64,000 nt of DNA from the NCBI GenBank assembly GCA_051942205.1, contig JAVECO010000002.1, positions 62,001 through 126,000 on the forward strand, given 5' to 3'. Position numbers and translations under genes: made by a program. Within the stretch, counting starts at the first letter, position 1; every line of letters begins with the position of its first letter. The notes below the pieces were generated by a model. The model was not told the DNA's origin. It made no database searches and saw only the letters and a program-made list of their open reading frames with translations. Origin of the DNA: Coniocarpon cinnabarinum (Eukaryota). Positions 61,383-64,000 of this stretch are shown in pieces.

Positions 61383-63680
61383 ATGCCTTGGAAGGTCAAA
61401 GCCACAGTAAAGTACTATTTGCTTAGGGACCGGTTTCTGGCATCTGTCACAGTCCTGTTTCTCATTGGGTTTTGGACATGGATCGCGCATCAGTATCCCC
61501 TCCCAGGAGGCTCAACGCTCGTCGAAAACGACACGCTTTCCTTTTGGGCAACGATATCAGAAAACCATCCGGTTGACTCTTTTACACCCATACCCGAGGG
61601 AGATCCTGGATCAATCCCGCGTTTACAAGCCGATTGTGAACCTAAGAACACCACTGAGCTGCAAACACAGCGCACGCGACTCGAGGCGGTGAAAGGCAAT
61701 TTCACTCACGCGTGGGACGCTTACAGAAAGCTCGCCTGGCTCGAAGACGAGGTCCGTCCTCTTTCTGGTGATATGCGAAATTATTTCCCAGGATGGGGTC
61801 TCACGCTTATCGACAGTCTCGACATGCTGTGGCTGCTGGATCTGAAAGAGGACTTTGAAGAAGCTGTGGAAGCCGTCGCCACGATTGACTTCGGTGTACC
61901 ATCCAGGCACTTTGGTGAGATCGATATTCTCAAAGTCACTGTTCATTATCTGGGTGGGTTGATCTCGGCATATGAGATTTCCGAAATGGAATACTCCATA
62001 CTCTTGGAGAAGGCCACGCAGCTTGGACATCTGCTGTATCATGCGTTTGATACGCCGAATCGCATGCCCGTTACGCGATGGAACCCACGGCACATCCTGA
62101 GTGGACAAAAGCAGTTCGCCTCTGAGACGACGATTCTTGCTGAATTGGCCGGTCTGCCTCTCGAGTTCACGCGACTAAGTCAATTAACAGGTGATCCGCG
62201 CTGGTTCGACGCCACGCAGCGTGTGACCGACTTTCTATGGGAACAGCGCACAGCAACGTTCATACCCGGCTTATGGCCTAAGATCATCGACGCGCGCCAC
62301 CTGGACGACGTAGGCCATGTCGGCTTCTCCGTCTCGCACGGCGCCAGCAACGCCTATGAAGTTCTCCCGAAGATGCACTTGTTGCTCGGCGGCGGCTCGT
62401 CGCAGTATCAAGACATGATCTCGTCGTTTCCCCCAGCGTTAAAAAAGAACATGCTATTTCGCCCGATGTTTAATCTTCCCCCGCAAAATCTCTTTCTATC
62501 GCCATACGCAAGCGTACAAATGCGAGCGCCTGGTTTCGATGAGATCGAGACACCGGAACCAACAACCGAGCATCTAGGCTGCTATCTCGGCGCGACAATG
62601 GCGTTGACAGGAAAGATATTTTCCGATGCAGAAACAGATCCGTCTGCAAAGGGCATCGACCGCTTCGACGATATGACAGTCGCTCGCGCACTCACCAAAA
62701 CCTGTGCACGCCTTCATAAAACGTCCTATCACGGCATCATGCCCGAGGCTCTGACGCTCGCAGCGTGTCCCGACGTACTCAACTGCCCCTGGAACGAAAC
62801 CGCCTGGCTCCGCCCCATCGAATGCTGCTTCAGCCGGATGCTAGAATTCGAGCGCTACTGCGCTCGTGCCTCACGACTCCCACCCGGCGTAACTTCTATC
62901 CCCGACAACTCGTATAATCTGCGTCCCGAAACGATCGAAAGCCTCTTCGTGCTGTATCGGACCACCGGCGAGAAAAGATGGCAGGAGATGGCGTGGAGCA
63001 TCTTTGAGAAGGTCATCAATGCCACAACAGCAAAGTACGGACATGCGCGTCTCGCAAATTGCGTGGGACAGATGGATCGAGAGGAGGAGTGGGGGTGGGA
63101 TTTGGCGCGTGATCGGGATCTGGAGATGGAACGGGAGTGGCAGGAGGTTGTGAAGGGGCAGATTGAGATTGGGGCGATTATTGTGGGGTATGATGGTAAT
63201 GCTACGGAGATGGAGGAGGGGGAGGATGCGCCTGAGAATGAGGCGCTCGTTCGACTGCTTGACGGTGAAGACGTTGCTCTAGGAAGCACACAGGCGGACT
63301 CGGTCGATGTGGACGTCTCAGACAGTCAGAAAGCCCTCCCAAAAGACCCGAAGCAGTCTGACGACGAAAAGAATGCAGCCGCTTCAAATGATACTAAACA
63401 CCAACGCCGCGAAATTGATCCAGAAACAGGATGGAACCACAAAATAGCGAAGCGACTCTCTCCGGGTCTCATGCCCTCGGAAGTGCCAGAAGAGCTCCGC
63501 AGCAAGATCCGTTGGCAAGTCGTGCAAAAGGACAAGATGGAGAGCTATTGGTTAGCAAAGACGTTGAAATATTTTTATTTGATCTTTGCGGATGAAGATG
63601 TGATGAGTTTGGATGAGTGGGTTTTTAGTAATGGGGGACATGGGTTTAGATGGAGGGAGGTGGATGAGGTCCCGGAGTGA
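61383..63680 (+). CDS. GH47 class I alpha-1,2-mannosidase-like type II membrane protein, probably catalytically impaired
   Basis: N-terminal TM, FTHAWDAYRKLAWLEDEVRPLSG, GWGLTLIDSLD, YLGGLISAY, AFDTPNRMP, LEFTRLSQLTGD, YNLRPETIES and DKMESYWLAKTLKYFYLIF. Confidence 0.9.
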   Translation: MPWKVKATVKYYLLRDRFLASVTVLFLIGFWTWIAHQYPLPGGSTLVENDTLSFWATISENHPVDSFTPIPEGDPGSIPRLQADCEPKNTTELQTQRTRLEAVKGNFTHAWDAYRKLAWLEDEVRPLSGDMRNYFPGWGLTLIDSLDMLWLLDLKEDFEEAVEAVATIDFGVPSRHFGEIDILKVTVHYLGGLISAYEISEMEYSILLEKATQLGHLLYHAFDTPNRMPVTRWNPRHILSGQKQFASETTILAELAGLPLEFTRLSQLTGDPRWFDATQRVTDFLWEQRTATFIPGLWPKIIDARHLDDVGHVGFSVSHGASNAYEVLPKMHLLLGGGSSQYQDMISSFPPALKKNMLFRPMFNLPPQNLFLSPYASVQMRAPGFDEIETPEPTTEHLGCYLGATMALTGKIFSDAETDPSAKGIDRFDDMTVARALTKTCARLHKTSYHGIMPEALTLAACPDVLNCPWNETAWLRPIECCFSRMLEFERYCARASRLPPGVTSIPDNSYNLRPETIESLFVLYRTTGEKRWQEMAWSIFEKVINATTAKYGHARLANCVGQMDREEEWGWDLARDRDLEMEREWQEVVKGQIEIGAIIVGYDGNATEMEEGEDAPENEALVRLLDGEDVALGSTQADSVDVDVSDSQKALPKDPKQSDDEKNAAASNDTKHQRREIDPETGWNHKIAKRLSPGLMPSEVPEELRSKIRWQVVQKDKMESYWLAKTLKYFYLIFADEDVMSLDEWVFSNGGHGFRWREVDEVPE

Positions 63681-64000
63681 GATTGGTGCCGGGTATTGGT
63701 GCTGGAAACTTTTGGCGAATTCGAGGATTATGTTGGGTGGTTGGAGTATACAGCTGAATCTTTCGTCGAGTTCGCATCTAGAGTCTGGTATTGCAACCTA
63801 TGGCCGGCTTATGAGATCCTTGCCCGATTCAATTAATCTCACCTCAAGCCTGTGTCCGAAGGCGATGCTTGAAAAAGCTTCAGGGTGACAACATTTTTGA
63901 CCGTCACTGAATTTGCAATCATTGAGACGAGCTAATGCGGATCAATTCCTCACATCGACCGAGAGACGTCCTCGGATATCCCTCATCAACGCCTTCGCAT

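Noticed and set aside
1..64000. tRNA, rRNA, snRNA or TPP riboswitch; secondary-metabolite cluster
   Set aside because: No cloverleaf, rRNA or aptamer consensus was recognised by eye (tRNAscan-SE/Infernal would be needed to exclude them). No PKS, NRPS or terpene synthase backbone gene is present.

Overview
Eukaryotic genomic DNA from a filamentous ascomycete (Pezizomycotina; Dothideomycete-like is a guess). The basis is short GT-AG introns with CTRAC/CTAAY branch points and fungal-specific families such as Zn2Cys6, AA11, Opi1 and Rtt109. Intact core genes are an RmlD/MAT2B-like reductase, WDR83/MORG1, septin CDC12, PWP2, GTR1, ADE6, OPI1-like and RTT109. They are interleaved with accessory genes: a Zn2Cys6 TF, a CorA-like protein, GFA, an AA11 LPMO, a Bys1-like protein, a small Cys-rich secreted protein, a secreted Hsp70-like protein and a GH47. 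Several accessory genes are disrupted: a Zn2Cys6 pseudogene, three DUF3433-like paralogues, an F-box-like gene and a PTH11-like gene. The most notable observations are (1) three DUF3433-like copies, each broken by a different lesion in the same homologous segment; (2) an ADE6/PurL with intact catalytic motifs but coordinated loss of the structural Mg-ADP site ligands; (3) a full-length GH47 that looks like a pseudo-enzyme; (4) a signal-peptide-bearing Hsp70-NBD-like protein; (5) shared KR + His-rich C-terminal tails on two unrelated secreted proteins; (6) a predicted spliced uORF ending in TAATG; and (7) E-box/ICRE clusters. No rRNA, tRNA, CRISPR or intact transposon was recognised. All family assignments come from motif recognition by eye, not database searches.
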